DNA of 64,000 nt from Phoronis australis (taxonomy: Eukaryota; Animalia; Phoronida): assembly GCA_002633005.1 (NCBI GenBank), contig NMRA01000871.1, forward strand, positions 7,274 to 71,273. The letters run 5' to 3'. The notes under the pieces are model-generated. The model was not told the origin of the DNA. It searched no databases and saw only the letters and a list, made by a program, of their open reading frames with translations. This document shows positions 25,601 to 40,600 of the stretch, in pieces. Position numbers and translations under genes: made by a program. Within the stretch, counting starts at the first letter, position 1. The number at the start of each line of letters is the position of its first letter.

Positions 25601-28600
25601 CAGCCATCTATTTCAGTGTATCCTTCTACTTTTATAGAAATTGCCAGACTCAAAGATCCACCAGCAGTAGTGCTAAGAACAAGAACAACTTTATCTGTTC
25701 GTTGGACAGCCTGGCGGGGTGGAATAGATCATGGCGTGGGACCGGTTGAAAAATACATTATAGAGTACGAACAAGATGGTGGTGGGGTTTGGAATTCCAC
25801 AGAAGTTGATAATGTGGCAAATCAAGCTACGTTCACTTACAATATCTCCAACACTGACGTGAGTCATGTATACCTAGTGAGAATTAAGATAAAAGTGGCG
25901 GGTGGTCTGCTTGGGAACTCCAGTCCGGAAGTGGAAGCGTGTGGAGGTAAAGTAAGCCTGTCTGTTTATATTAGTAGAGGAATTTTAATAACTTACGTCA
26001 TAAATAGCGAAATAGTCTAAATTGAATTTTTCCAAACCTATTTTGTCACCAGGCATGTCAGTCCTCTCCTGCCGTTAATTAAGTAGTTGTAATTAATTCC
26101 GTGAGCGCTATAACAATAGAAACATTGGTTCGTTTGAGCTCCAAAAGTTTTGTTTTTTGGTCTCAGCCCCTCACTATGCATTTTACCATGTACCTGTATA
26201 GTATGCTCTCCATCTGTGTCGCCTGTTTGAGTATGTGACCCCTATTTGAGTATGTAAACTGTTTCCTTGTTGGATAATTATGTGTTATTTTCTTTACACG
26301 CTCATTTTAAAAGTTCGTAATTCAAACTTCGTATGGTGGGTACGAGTACGTGCCGTAAGATCCATACCTACGTTACCATTACTATATTTTGAATTTCAGA
26401 ACCACAAGCACCCGAACCAAGTCTATCAAACACAGACGTTAACACAATCGGCATAAACTGGCCAGTAAGATTTTACTGTTTCCAAATATAAATACAAGGG
26501 TGAAATTGAGCTTAAAAATGATTCCCGTTCATTCCCATAAGTTATTATTTTTGCTTCTTTCCTATCGTCTTTGTTGCGAACTGCCATTGCCTTTCGCTGT
26601 GCTTGTGGCTAATACCTTTAGTAAGAATGGGCGTGTGTTTAGTAAATACTACCTAATACTTTGCGAGATATTGCCATATGCGACATTACAAGCAAAGCAT
26701 GTGTTGACATGAGCTCACCGGCTTCGCGAGAGCCTTGCATCTGAGGAATTGATCCCCTCTGGAAATTGATTGGGAAATATGTACTCTGGAAATGGTCGCC
26801 AGTATAATGGCGAACACATAACTCACTTGCTACCTACAGGAACTTGCTGCATTGCGAGAATTGATATTAAATAAGCAATTAACACTAGTTGATTCAAACT
26901 TATTCTTTTACTGTCGGTTCGATGATTCCAAGAGATTAATAGTCACCTGTTTCTGCCTATATCAACCTCAACAGAATTTGTAAGTGTCATTGCTCAACAT
27001 CAATAGCCAGCTGTGTAATGTAAGACTTAGATTCTGTATATGTATGGGTTGTTTCAAAGTTTGGGAAGTAGCTCATATTTTGTTGACTTGTTCCGCTATA
27101 CATGTAAATGCTCAATTGTGAAACGTTCAGGAACCTAACTGGAGGTGTGGTACACGGGGTTGGTTTGTTGTGGAGTACAGCAACAGAACAGACACCACGT
27201 GGGCGAGAACGTCCAACATTACATTGAATAGTACATCACTGTACACGGCAGCGTGCACCACCTGGCAAGTAAGAGTCAGGACATTCAATATGCACATGTC
27301 TAGCGTATCCGGTGAAAAGAACATCACCAGCCAAAATAAAGGTACTTATCATGGGCAGGGTGTTACTGGTTTGAGAATGAGACATGTCTTTGATTAGAAT
27401 ATATGTATTACTGCTGGCATTTTGTTTATATCGAAATTTTCATTTTGTATTCAGACATTGGTGTCTATTAGACGTGTGTTTCTTAAGAATTCTCTCGCCC
27501 TGTCTAGAAAACTAACAACGGAAGTATGATTTGGACTCTTGTTCTTGTAAAAAGGGTCCCATATTACGTCTTCTTGTTATAGGATTCTAATTATGAATCG
27601 AAATAAGATTCCAAACTATGATTAGGATCAATGAAACTTTCTGGGGGTTTGCCGACCTTAAAATTGCGACTTTCAAATGATTGACACAGTCATTGCATAG
27701 GGCTTGAGTTGGTATGGATTCTGTGACGGCCAGAAATGTTATGAAAATTATTTTACGAGAGTGAAAAGCCTAATTTAAAGGTGGCTTTTCATCAGCAAAA
27801 ATGGCGAATTAATGTAGCTTAATTGTTACGCGGAACCCAAGAATAGGTCCAAACCTCCGAACAGTATATCTACATGTAGTAAATGGCTGATTGGATTCAT
27901 ACAGGGTATAAAGCTTCCAGGCCTTACATGTATGTCTTATGCAGGGTTCTCCGTGATTATAATGATGGGCATTGTTTCTAAAATGTTCCAATTTTGCATA
28001 ATGGCCTTTGAAAATAGGACTTTACAAATAAAATCTGCATACAACGAAATGATAATTTGGAAAAATGTATCAACGTTTCTCAAATGGTCACATGACCTAA
28101 TTAATGACCAATTTTTAAAAATTCAGAGAAATGGAATTCCACAGGTTTTCCTTTTTCAGAAATATACCTGTCCATTAAGCCAAGATACCTCGTTAATGTT
28201 CAAACGTTACAATAATTTAGGTTCCTACGGGCATGAAGATAAATAAGTATTTGTAGAAGTGTGTTATATAAATCAGTGAGTTGATAATGCATACGTAAAA
28301 TTCATCATTATTCAAAGTCATTTGTTTGTGATATCAATTGAGCTACAGTTAAAGCCTGATAAGTCGTGGTAAAGATCTTTGCATACTCAACTGTAGACCA
28401 CGAGATCTGACGAACACATGGCATGCATGAAAACTGAAAATTTACCCAATTTTGCTCAGTACGCCAACTGCGGTGACATCACGAGACCACATGGATATAA
28501 GTTTGGGCTACAAATCTATTGACGTATGTTCATTAGGTCACGTGATGCGTCAAAGGTGGCGTGATGACCAGACTTGAAAATGTTTTAGATATATATTTCC

Positions 28601-31600
28601 ACGCTGGTTCAAGATTTTCACAGTGATGGAAACTAACAATTAATAATCACAAAGGGATAATATAACTAGTGGATACGTTTCACGAAAGTCAAATCATCAA
28701 GCCTGGTGAAGTTTTTGAAAGGAGTTCATTGTTGACAAGAACTCAGTCAAGTAATCAATACATTGTACATGGATATTGTGAAGTGTAATCTTGTAGACCT
28801 GTGGAAGCCTGTTTCTGTCGAGGCAGTAAAAATCAGGCGTATATAATTACCTCAATTTGTTTTGCACCCAGTCCTTTCAGTCAGAGGATCATATGGGAGT
28901 CTCGATGCCATACGTACTACATAATATTTACATGAGAAGAATGTTTTCTTTTCTAGCGCCATCTCAGGTAGAAGATCTGGGTATTGAGACTGGCAGCGTC
29001 ACCAATACTTCACTAACGGTTGTATGGAAAGAGCCCGAAAGTAACGGGTGTTCCATTGAAGAATATGAGTTCTCCTATAGACTGATCGAAGTGTTACAGT
29101 GCACTGACGGACACAATGGTATTGAAGAGACGGAAACCATTAACACAACTACTAAGAATATCACAGGTCTCAAGCCAAACTCAAAATACGAGATAAAGGT
29201 TGCTGCTAAAACAAAATCCATTGGTGAAGAAGGGTTAATAAACGGAATTACCCTTGAATATGGTGAGTGCAGCAAAAACTTAAAGGAAACGGATAGCGCG
29301 ATCTCACAGTTAGAATTTTTGCAAAAGGTTTGAGACCACTAATTGTTACTTATAAACGAGGAATAGGTCATTACAAGTGGAATGCCCACTTCAGTGTTGC
29401 ATTTTGGAGTTGTGCCCGGCAGTCCCACCACGGAGCAAATTTATCTCCTCCTTGACAAGGGTAGCCTAACCTTGATATACGGATACGGACTTCTATGAGC
29501 GTTGCTACAACGGCAAATTTAGAAAATTACGACAGTAGACAACGTTCTTGAATAATGAACGGCGATCTGCATTATCCATAACAGGTGGAGTAAAGAGAAA
29601 CCGGCTGCCGCTTTGCACACGGTCGAATTTTGAACCTTGCAATTGGTGTTAATATGATTTTTATGGAGATGTTTCCCTTTTGCAACGGGTGCCCCGTTTA
29701 ATCGTTATCAAATGTTGGAAGCTTTTGATTTAAGTTTGATGATTGGTGATCTAGCTCTTGTGGTCTTTATTTAAAAGTTGATGGAAACCTGGCGTTTAAG
29801 GTTTTCTCGACTCCCCCTACTCATCTGAAAAGCTTCATACACGTCGTCTAGGTGGTATATCTTAAACATTTCTTCAAATTCATATATTTCTCCGTCATCC
29901 TGAGAAATGGTTCATGGTTGTTACTGCAGTTTTCTTATCCTTAATTTTCCAGTCTATAACATTTATTCCATGATACATGAATATCTCCCAACATCTCATT
30001 TGGTAAAGCACGTGTTGGCACCGTTCTGTGTACACTGATTTAATAATAACGATAATAATAATGATTCTGATAAAAACAGTTACAGTATAAACAATCGCTC
30101 AATGAGACACAAAAGTATTAATAAGATACTCTACAACGTGAGGTTGCTTTAAACTGTAAATGATGGCAGACAATAAAAATCTTTAAGTTTTGAAACAAAA
30201 CGCAATCATTTGTGCAGCTCAAATGCACATATGAAAGCACGTACAATGTTTCTACGCTTCCTGCAAAAGATTTTATCGGTTCTGAACATATCATATACTA
30301 TTTGAATGTCAATAATGTTATTAAATTTTGCGCCTTGCACAAGAACGTTTGACAAAGAACACCTGTACTTGCCAGTAAAATCCTATTTAGGTATTCATGT
30401 TTCAGATGATGCTTTTTGCTCGTTGGCGTATCATGCTTTCGCCAAATTTGAAAATGATATATACTTCGCCTGAAAGGCTGACGACATTAAATGCAATCAC
30501 TATTCAACTATTGTCTTTAGCACCATCGGGCAAGGTTTCCGTAATTAACGTCACCGAGAGCACTCGATCAGTGTCAATCAACGTCTCTGAGCTGAACTGT
30601 CAAGACAGAAATGGAGTTATAACTCACTACGATTACATAATTTCTAACGACGGAACCACGTGTTCTTCTGCTTCAATCAACAAGAATGGAACGTTTACCG
30701 AACTTCAAACGAATATATCTGACCTGGTTCCCAGCAACTCATTCATTGCACGGGTTCGTGCTCATACTGCCATTGGTGCAGGGCCCTGGAGTGATGACGT
30801 TAGCTTTACTACGAGAGAAGAGGGTGAGTTACTAAAACCGTTGCTGACATTTAGGTAAGCGTTTGGTGCTTATTTTAATACACACTTAAACTATTAAATT
30901 CATAATACGACTAGTTGATGCGAGTGCTAATTACAATGAACATGTGTAGGTGGGCAGAAATAGGAATGTTGTCAAGGAATATGCATACAATGAAGACGTA
31001 CACGTAAATGTATCATTTCTGTTACATTAGGCTCAGAATACTCTATGACACACCACGCCGTTTAAGGCGCAAACTTTACAAAACGTTCGTTAAACTGATC
31101 ACGTTCTGTACACCTACAGACAGGAGTTTTAAGTTCAAAAATCAACTGTACCTGGATGACTGGACAACACTTTAAATTTCTTTTGAATTATTTGTTTCAG
31201 TTCTAGCTCCTGTGTCTTCACTTAACATTACTCAAGTCAATTCTACTCTCAACGTGAAATGGACAGCTCCACCTGACGATGGCTGCCAACTTCAATCTTA
31301 CGAGTGGCGGTACCAGTTAATGTCACAGGGACAATGTGATGGATCACAGGCACCTCCGATAAACTGGACGTCCATCGATAATAATGCAATACGTGCTATA
31401 ATTCCAAATGTGTCGGCGTACTCGACCTATAACATATTCGTAAGACCAAAAGGACCGACGAAGTATGGACCTTTAAAAAACCTCAGCACAACAACTAGCC
31501 AACAAGGTATATATTCCAGCATACACATTATTTTAATCACGATGTGGAGACCAACATTTCGTGTTTCAATTTGTTATGAAAAACATCACCTGATCAACAA

Positions 31601-34600
31601 TGAAAAGTGACACAGATGAGTCAAATTTGATTCTGAAATATTAAAAACATAACTGTTCAATAAAGTTCCCCACATTAAAGTTATAAGATACAACATTTGC
31701 AAGCCTCATATTTTCATATGAAGCTCAGTCGACCACGTGAAAAACAGACAAGTTGATGGGTGGAAATTACTGAATGGAAACTGAGAAAGTTTGCATTATT
31801 ATCAGGTTGTTGCACGCGTACCTTTGATAGCAATATGATAGTTAGCGTTTGCCAATTAACGGTCAAACTTAGCATTTTGGGGATTTAAACTCTTGAGCAT
31901 TGGCGTATATTTGCTGTAGTCTCTCTGCCATTCACCCTGCCATTGCCGTCGCAAGTTGAATCTCGCCAGTGGTGAGGTCAGACCTTCAAATGGGCTTTGC
32001 AAGCTGCACACTCGATGATAAGTCCTGATTCGGGTCATTAGGCAAATCTTTCGCTATCAGGATTTGCACGCCTGTGGAGGAGAAAGTGTGCACCGCTTAC
32101 CTCAGATTCTCCAGCTACATGTACGTCCTTGGAACATAAAGGCTTGATGGCGCTGTCACGCTTTGGAATAAGCTAGTTGCTATTCATGGGCTTGGCTGCA
32201 GGTGCTGGCTGAGATAATTGCAGTTGCAAACCAACACGTCTCTTTTGCGCGCGAGATTCAAAGTCAAAAACCAAAATTAAGGAAAACATCCAACATGACT
32301 CTTTTAGAATTCTCAAGTAAATAGTTGACTTCGTTGATTTTTTTTTTTTTTTTGAAAAATCTATGCATTATAAGAGAAATTAGCGAATATATGGTCATCA
32401 GTAGCGCAGCTAAAACTAGGCCTAAATGAGGCAAATCCTACATGTACATTTGAGATTTTTCTACCCCAACACCTGAGCGAGCCTAAGCCAGACTGTGACA
32501 TTAACCCGTCACAATCAGTTCACAAATGAATGATAGTTGCTTAGCCGTGATGCAGAAGAAAATCTGAGCTAACGTTTCTTATAATGCCTCGATTGTGAAC
32601 ATTCAAAGACGGCTTACGTTTAGTTTCAAATTAAAAAGTTGTCATGTTGGTCTTTCCCTTCAACTTACATTGTACGCGTAAGTCTACTTAGAGTAAGATT
32701 TGCCTAATATGGGGTATTGATTTTGAAAAACACCAAATGTTAGCCTATGACTTGTGTCACGTTATGTGTGTTTTATGTGTTTGTAAGAACGTTGACGGAT
32801 TGTCTTCATAAAATATGTGCTTGGCTGCGCTCGATGTCTAGTTCAGAAGAATCTTTTCTTCCTTCTGGTTTCAGTGATCTATTGTTGGATTACCATACGT
32901 CTGTCTATATATTGCCATCTAGTGTCAGCTAGCTTTCTCTTGACTGTCCTTCTAGCTCCATCCGCTGCACCACAAAACGTCAGCGTAACAGCTTCAGCCA
33001 GATCTGTCAACATATCGTGGTTACCACCAGATTGTTATTTACGTAATGGTTTGATTACTAAGTATGACGTGCGAATAACAACATTGTCGACGGAATGTTC
33101 ACCGACATTCTTGGCCATGACAAATGAAACATCGAATGCATCCATTTTAATATCAGGCCTGTATCCACATACAAATTATTCCGTGAGGTTGCGATCGTAC
33201 ACAATTGGAGGCCCTGGACCATGGACAAAAACGTTCAGGTTTCGTTCAGCGGAAGAACCTCTCGGTGGGGTTCAAACTATAGGAAGTGAAGAATTAAATG
33301 GTGAATTGTATATCAACTGGACGTCACCAGCCAGTGATGATGGATGTCAGCTGAGACAATACGTGTGGCGATACAAGTTGCTGTCCAGGTCACAGTGTCC
33401 TGGAACAAAGGGGAATGCCTCGGAATGGCAATATGTAAACAAAACCCATTCAACCTTCAAAGTTTCCCCTTTCTCGACATACGTTATTAGTGTAGCACCC
33501 ATTGGTCCTACGCTACGTGGACGGGTTAAGTCCGTGAACGTCACAACCAGACAAGAAGGTAATTGACTTTTTGAAGGTTTGATAATCTCTTTATAATTCA
33601 ATTTTGATCTATTGTTAAATCAAGTCGCATGCTTCGACAAAACGTGGCACATATGGTTTTGGTGAAATCTGCTTGCGAAACGTGTCTTTTTTGGAACGGA
33701 TTAACCTACAGCACTTGTGTTTTCCATTCTCTCATTTCCCACAAAATACCTAATATGACCGTTATAGCTAACTCGAATTTTGAAGCAACTAAGTAGGTAT
33801 GTTTTATATAATGTGATGGTCCTATATCAGCCATCAATGTTTTGGTAGATTCGGCTTCCAGTGTTGCCTGTAGTTACGATGGCACGCTGAGTTGGGTTAT
33901 GTCACAACGTTCAAAAAGGTAGGTTACATTGGTATTTACGTGTCAGAATATTTTTGTTATAGCCCCTGATGCAACAGCTGATCTCAAAATTACAAACACA
34001 ACAACAAGAGCTTCAATAGTTTCCTGGACTGTGCCCTACTGCAGATTCCGAAACGGCATAATCACACACTTCGTCTACAACATTACTTCACATAAAGAAC
34101 TGATCTGTCCTAGACTTGTTAAGGATGTTTCAGTTGTAGTTAATACCAATGAAAGCTTGACACAGGCCACGGTTTCCCTAGAACCGTGGACAAATTACAC
34201 CGTTGCCATAACAGCATGCACTCAAGCTGGATGCGGACCATGGAAAAGCTCTCAATTTGCTACCTTAGAGGAGGTGCTTGGAGCTGTACGTGACTTGCGT
34301 GTTGAGCAAACTGGCAAAGAATTGTACGTAAACTGGAGTCCTCCTCGTGACGATGGGTGTCAAGTCCAAGGTTACGAATGGAAATATCGTGTGTTACGGC
34401 ATGGCAGCTGCACGAACTCTTCAGTTGACGTAGCGGAATGGATTTTTCAAGAAAAATCAAACTTATCTGGCATTGTGCATGAGGTTTTAAGCTATTCCCT
34501 CTATGAGATGACTGTAAGACCAATCGGGCCCACTCTTCGAGGGAAAGACCACAGCCTACAATATACCACTTCACAGACAGGTATGGCCTTTTTTGATCGA

Positions 34601-37600
34601 TATCAAAATTACTGTCCCGAGGACATCGCGTTGCTTCATTTACCTGCTTAAGTGCTGTGTCCCGTTTCCTGCTGCTATTGCTGTAGTTAGAGTGTGGATA
34701 CCACAATTTGTTAAGTCAAAGGTTTGATCTTATGCGCATTAATTCACCTCGGTGCATAGCACATGGAATGTAATTATCTTTTCGTGTTTCCCTGCACAAT
34801 ATTTTCGGTTTTGCAGCACCGTCAGCGCCGCCACAAAACGCAAATGTGGTGGATACACGGAATACGTCACTGTCCTTTTCATGGAGTGAAGTCGAATGTG
34901 TTAAAAGAAATGGAGAAATCAGCACCTACAGATATCAAATACGCAACGACAACGGTTTGTGCGTTGTGGCTAAAGACTTTGTCAATGAAACAGTTAGTCG
35001 CAACGTTACTTTTGTGAAGCTAACACCTTACACCACGTTTGAGTTCAGAGTTCAGGCGATGGTAGAAAAGCTGGCTGGTCCCTGGACGGCGTGGACGAGC
35101 GTGACAACTAACCAAAGTGGTAAGTTGGAATGTCGCCATTTGGCTGCGTATCGATTGACAAAATGCCACGGTAGACGGCATGATGAAACTTACCAAGAGT
35201 AGGAATGTGCTTGGAATGCTCAGTGGTTCATTTGAAAATCCTTTGTTAAACGAGTGTGAAGATGTACCGGAGTGATGTGGTACATACAGCTATCATCACT
35301 TTATCGTCATTTACTCAAAAACTTTCGAAGATTAAAAATGTTGTACATTCAAAAGTATTGAGATATGTCGTTAAAGTTTTGCACAAATAATTTTTTCAAG
35401 TCTTCTCTTACGAATTTGTGACACCAAAATGAAAACGCAAGTAGCTGTTGTAGAGAAAATAAGTTCGCATTCAATACACTGCGCTATCACAATGTCTCAT
35501 ATACACTAACAGTGTGTTTGGCATGCACAATATCATATTACAGTTGTCAGTAGGATATGTTGATTCAATTAAGCATGAAGGTTACAGTTGCTTCAATGAC
35601 AATAATTAAGTACCTATAGGTGTTTGCAGAATCTCTCAATTAGGATTGACGTCTTGGAATACATGTGAACCCCGTCATTATCTAATTCAAGCTCTTGATG
35701 CAATTGTACATACAAAATACTCTTCAAAATTACATGGGAGATATTAAAATGATAAGTCCTAACGTTTGGGAGATATTTCCTTTCCACGTATCTACACTGA
35801 CTGCGATGAGAATCTTCAGCAGTCTCTGTGATATATCTAGCCTGTGCGATACTTCTAACATGGTTCTTTATATAATTTTGAAATACAAATCTTATCGAAT
35901 TGGCCATACCTATTGTCATATTACTACGTCAAACTTTGTTTGTTCATGTTTATGTTCATACAACCTTGGAACTCTGTGTTGCATTGAATGCCAAAAGCAA
36001 TTTTTGCGGTCGTTTTATTAAGTACGGTTGCTGTCGCTGTATACCACTTATTCACACTGTTGCCATATTAAAAGCGAGCCTCTTTTTAGAGCATTACGAA
36101 TAATTTGAAAGAAAATTGGAAAATGCTTTGTTTATTTTATAAAACAAATTAACAGTTCTCCAAACTGAGAGCTACGTACAATGAAAACATTGGCCGCACT
36201 TGACCCATTCCGCTGATCCTGACAAAGCGACAATTTCTAGTGGCTTAGACATCTTCACCGAGAGCCAGTCCAATGTCTTAGCCGCTTTACCTGGTTGAAT
36301 CGGCCAAGGCTACTGAGTTTCTGGGCTTTGTGTTTGTTGTTTTTAAGTCAAATGGAAAATTGGCTGCTTCACGGTTATGAACTGCCTTCTCAGCCATTGA
36401 CCAAATTATATGGGCTAGGTCGCACAGTAAAAGCTTCCAAACTTATCCGTTGGAGTCCCAAGAACATTGTATAATGGTACCAATCTCATTCGTGGTGATG
36501 TGACAACGTTGTGGCTATCCATTTTATAAATTTTATGCAACCTAGTCCAGAATGGAACGTATAACACACTTTACTGGAGCCCACTGGAATGTTTGGGAGT
36601 TGCTCACAGCGTCAAACTCGAGCTTGATAACATGCTGTCTTACATCTATCATGTCATTAGAAATCTATTAGAAATGTTCAAACTACCATTGGCATTACAT
36701 ATGCATGCACAGTGTCAAATGAACGATCGCGCCTCCAAGAACTTTATGGCTGCCTTATACATGTAAGTGCTGAAACGAAGCAGACAGGCCAGCAGACAGT
36801 TCCCTAAATTTCGAAACAGGTGACAAGCATTAACTCGTTGTTTCCCGTTTTTTTCTCCAATGAAGTTTGTTCTTTACCCTATAACGCTCCATCTGTTTCC
36901 CATGACAGTACCCCCAGCACCGTCCGATCTCAAGGTGGTGGACCATAATCCTAAGGCGTTTAAGCTTTCCTGGAAAGCTCCTTGTCCACCGCGAGGGAAG
37001 ATCCTTCAATACTTTGTTTCCTATGAGATCACCAACCAGTCGCGTATTGGTAATCGTGAGATGTTGGAGAAATCCACTGATTGTGGAAACGAAACCTTGG
37101 AAAACTGTACGGAAACTACGCTTTACGGTCTTCGCCCTGATACAAGATACTTCTTCCGGGTAGGTGTGATCTTATATAAGATGGCAGATGAAGGCGAGCA
37201 TACAGTGTGGCACTTTAGATCATAGTGACGTGCATCTACATGTACTTTTATAATTGGCCCATACACACACCGGTGATCTCTGTACAAAATGACATATTTG
37301 AGCATTAAAAACGCGTTAAGAAACTTCATAAAAGCAATAGCCCTGTCGATGCTCTTTGAGTGCCACGTTATTATACTGTCAACAAGTGGAAATAGTACCT
37401 GGGAAGGTTTCTCACATTGACGACACGTTTTTTGTTAAATCACAGTAGGCTGTCAACTTTTTGGACTCGTTTTAATCTCGTCTGAGGTATCGGCCTAAGT
37501 TTAAATTGTTTTGTCTCTCGTATTCAGCAATGTAACCTATCGACGTTTTACAGGTTAAAGCATTAACCGTAGATTGGGGTGAATGGAGCAACACTATTGA

Positions 37601-40600
37601 GGAGATAACAACGGAACTTGGTGAATACTTGTAACTTACAACACTTTTCAAAATGAACTGGAGAGTGTCATAATTCGATGACATTGCAATACACAAAGCT
37701 GCTTATAAAAATGAATTCCATTTTAGAAGAATCTGTTTCAATTCAAGTTAAATCTCGACATGTCTTCACATTGTCGAAACACAATCAATCACATTAAAGT
37801 CTACTTCAAATAAGAACTAGAGAATAAGCGCAATGATGTCCATTGAGACTGCGTGAAAATCTACAAAAATACTGTTGTATGACTACAAAGGCTCGCCAGT
37901 CTGCACTGTACATGTAGATGGTAACAGGAAATCACAAAGACGTTTATGTTTCGAGGTTTTGGGATAAAGTGAAAATACAAGGTTTTCATATTAGGGTAAA
38001 CGACAACTACTGTCACACAAAGACTGATTAAGCAGTAGTTTTGCTGAGTATTTAATATGTTTTTTTGTATTGTATTTTAGTCCCTGGTGAACCTGCATCG
38101 TTGACCTGCTCGCCACATCTAGAGAAGACTTCAATATCCATTAAATGGTCGGAGCCTCTTGTCACCAATGGAAAAATCATAAAATATTTGGTAACTCAGT
38201 AATAAAGCACAGTTGTACATTTCTCCGAGCTGGTATTTGTACAGTAAAAACGTATCACCCCGAACGATTGAAAATGTATTTTGGTGACTCCTTATGGGCA
38301 AATATTTGCAACAGACTTTGCATACTAGGTCACTATCACTCAAAACACCTTGGTGTTTCTGCAACATCATATTTCCCCTCGGAGGAGGACGTTATTTGCA
38401 TATGCATGTCATTGAGCAAACCTCAGTCACCGGCATCTGGCCAATCAAACAAAGATTTGAAAGTCATGTGACTAAATTCAATACTTGGGCTGATAATGTT
38501 CGTCGTTTAGGTTTCGACAATACTCGCGGTGTGCGTGGAAATACTTTTTTGTTCCTTTTAGGTGGTTGGGTCCAATATGTACGATGTCACTTCAATATTT
38601 AACTTTTTGTAAGAATGTGCTGTGTGCAGGTGCACGTTGTTACAGCGTACAGAATTGTCAAAAGTTGAAAATTGCGACAATTTAGGTCAGGCTGCAGGCC
38701 AAAATTGTGGCAATTTGCTCAAATTGTCACAATGATATTTCCTTTTGAAAATGTGGACCTGCACATTGCTTTATTCTTATGGTCTGACGGCGCAACTCTA
38801 CGCAAATGTTACATGTTGGTAAGTTCAGTGCACGAGTACTTTGCAACGTTATTAGCAATGTTATGCCGGTTATGAATGATGATTTCAGGTAGAATTACTA
38901 TCACCGCAAAAAAGCTTAGTTTCCCATAAATTCAACGCAGATTTACCAGATCTTGCTGCTGGTAAATCTTACAAGATCTTCGTGTATGCGTTCACGTCAG
39001 TCGGGAAAGGACCATCCGCCAGTATAACGTGTTGGACTGCACTGCCAGGTAAAGCGCCGGTCGCAGTAAACTTTGAACATTCTGCTCAGTGTTTGCATTG
39101 TGAAGTTCACTTCTAATTGTGAATTTCAGAAACTCCGGGCTGTGTGCATCACTTTTCAATATTCTATAGTCGAGTAAGGTGATTGGAATCGCTGGGCAGA
39201 AAATTATGTATGTGCAGTACTATATACGCGCACCAAGGGAGCAAGATGGGCAAAAGGGTCCATCTCAGAGAAACAAAAACTCCGAAAAAATAGAAAACCA
39301 GACAAAAAACACTAAAAAGGCAGGAACTACCCAAATTCGGCGAATGTATAATTAATAGCAAATGTTACAGCTATTATTAAAATCTATTGGTCTATTTACA
39401 CCGACATCTTGTCTATTTACGTTTGTCAAGACGTTTCGGTCGTTCTATTCTCATGCCATCGCCAGGTGTCACTGCGTTCTTAGAGGAACGAACACGGATA
39501 TCTGGAACACTCGTCACATTGGTCGATGAAGGATTTGAACCCACGACTTCTTGAAACTACAGACGTTTTGACTCGAGCACCTCAACCACCACACTACGGA
39601 GTCATCCGTTTACTTGGAAGGAATTTAATTATACTTAAACCTTCCTTAGTAGCCTGAGCGAGGTGTCAGTCGGCTGTTTGCTTGGTTGACTGAAGACATT
39701 GCCTGTACTTTCATGAACATGGCTTCCTTATTTTTCTCTTAGTCCAACCTGTTTCACTGTGTAGTATCCGGATGTCATTCCACTGGATACTGTGTTGTGT
39801 CGTCTACATGTGTTCTGCTACTCCTGATGAGGTATTACCCGCTCTACAACACCTTTTATGTTCAGCAATTCTCGGCTCCAGTGGTTTTAATGTTTCACCA
39901 ATATACATGTATGATTCACCACAGCCACATGGGATTTCATAGATGACATTTCCCCATGTCAGTTCTTGGTTTGAAAAGAAAAATCACACCATGATGAGTG
40001 TACCACACTTCCGTGCTCGTTCTTCTAAAAACGCAGGAGCACCTGATGATGGCCGCAATATAGAACAACCGAAACGCCTTGTCAATGTAAATACACAAGA
40101 CTCCGTGTGAACAGGCCAAGAGTTTTTAATAATAATGTTGTAATACGCCATCACCTCAGAGCCGTTTTAGCCAGCCATTCCCCAAAAGTTACAAGTTCTC
40201 AAAAATTCGAGCTCCCCACTTTTAGGCTGGGTGCGCTTATGCACTACATATAAAATCTTCAATTTCATTTTCAAATGTCGCAGAAAGATGACGAAAGTAT
40301 CTGAATAATTACACATTCGAGAGATGCATATAGTTTATTACATTGCACGGCTGTGATTTTCAGTAACGTGATTTTAATTTATTATGAAAACTTTGGTGAA
40401 CTAATGCAAACCTCATTATTATTCGATCACAGGATCATCTTGTTTTCAAGCCTTTACCCAGGAATAATTTTAGAAGTGCGTAGCTCGGGCCAACGGGCTC
40501 ATTTAAAGGTTAAACAAAAATAGGCAAAAAAGTTACATGGCTGAAGGTCTTCCAATTTGGCCCATACACTCGACGCCTTCTGGATTAATTCACCCATATC

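Noticed and set aside
34260-34706. 148-aa minus-strand ORF
   Set aside because: Antisense shadow of an FN3 exon
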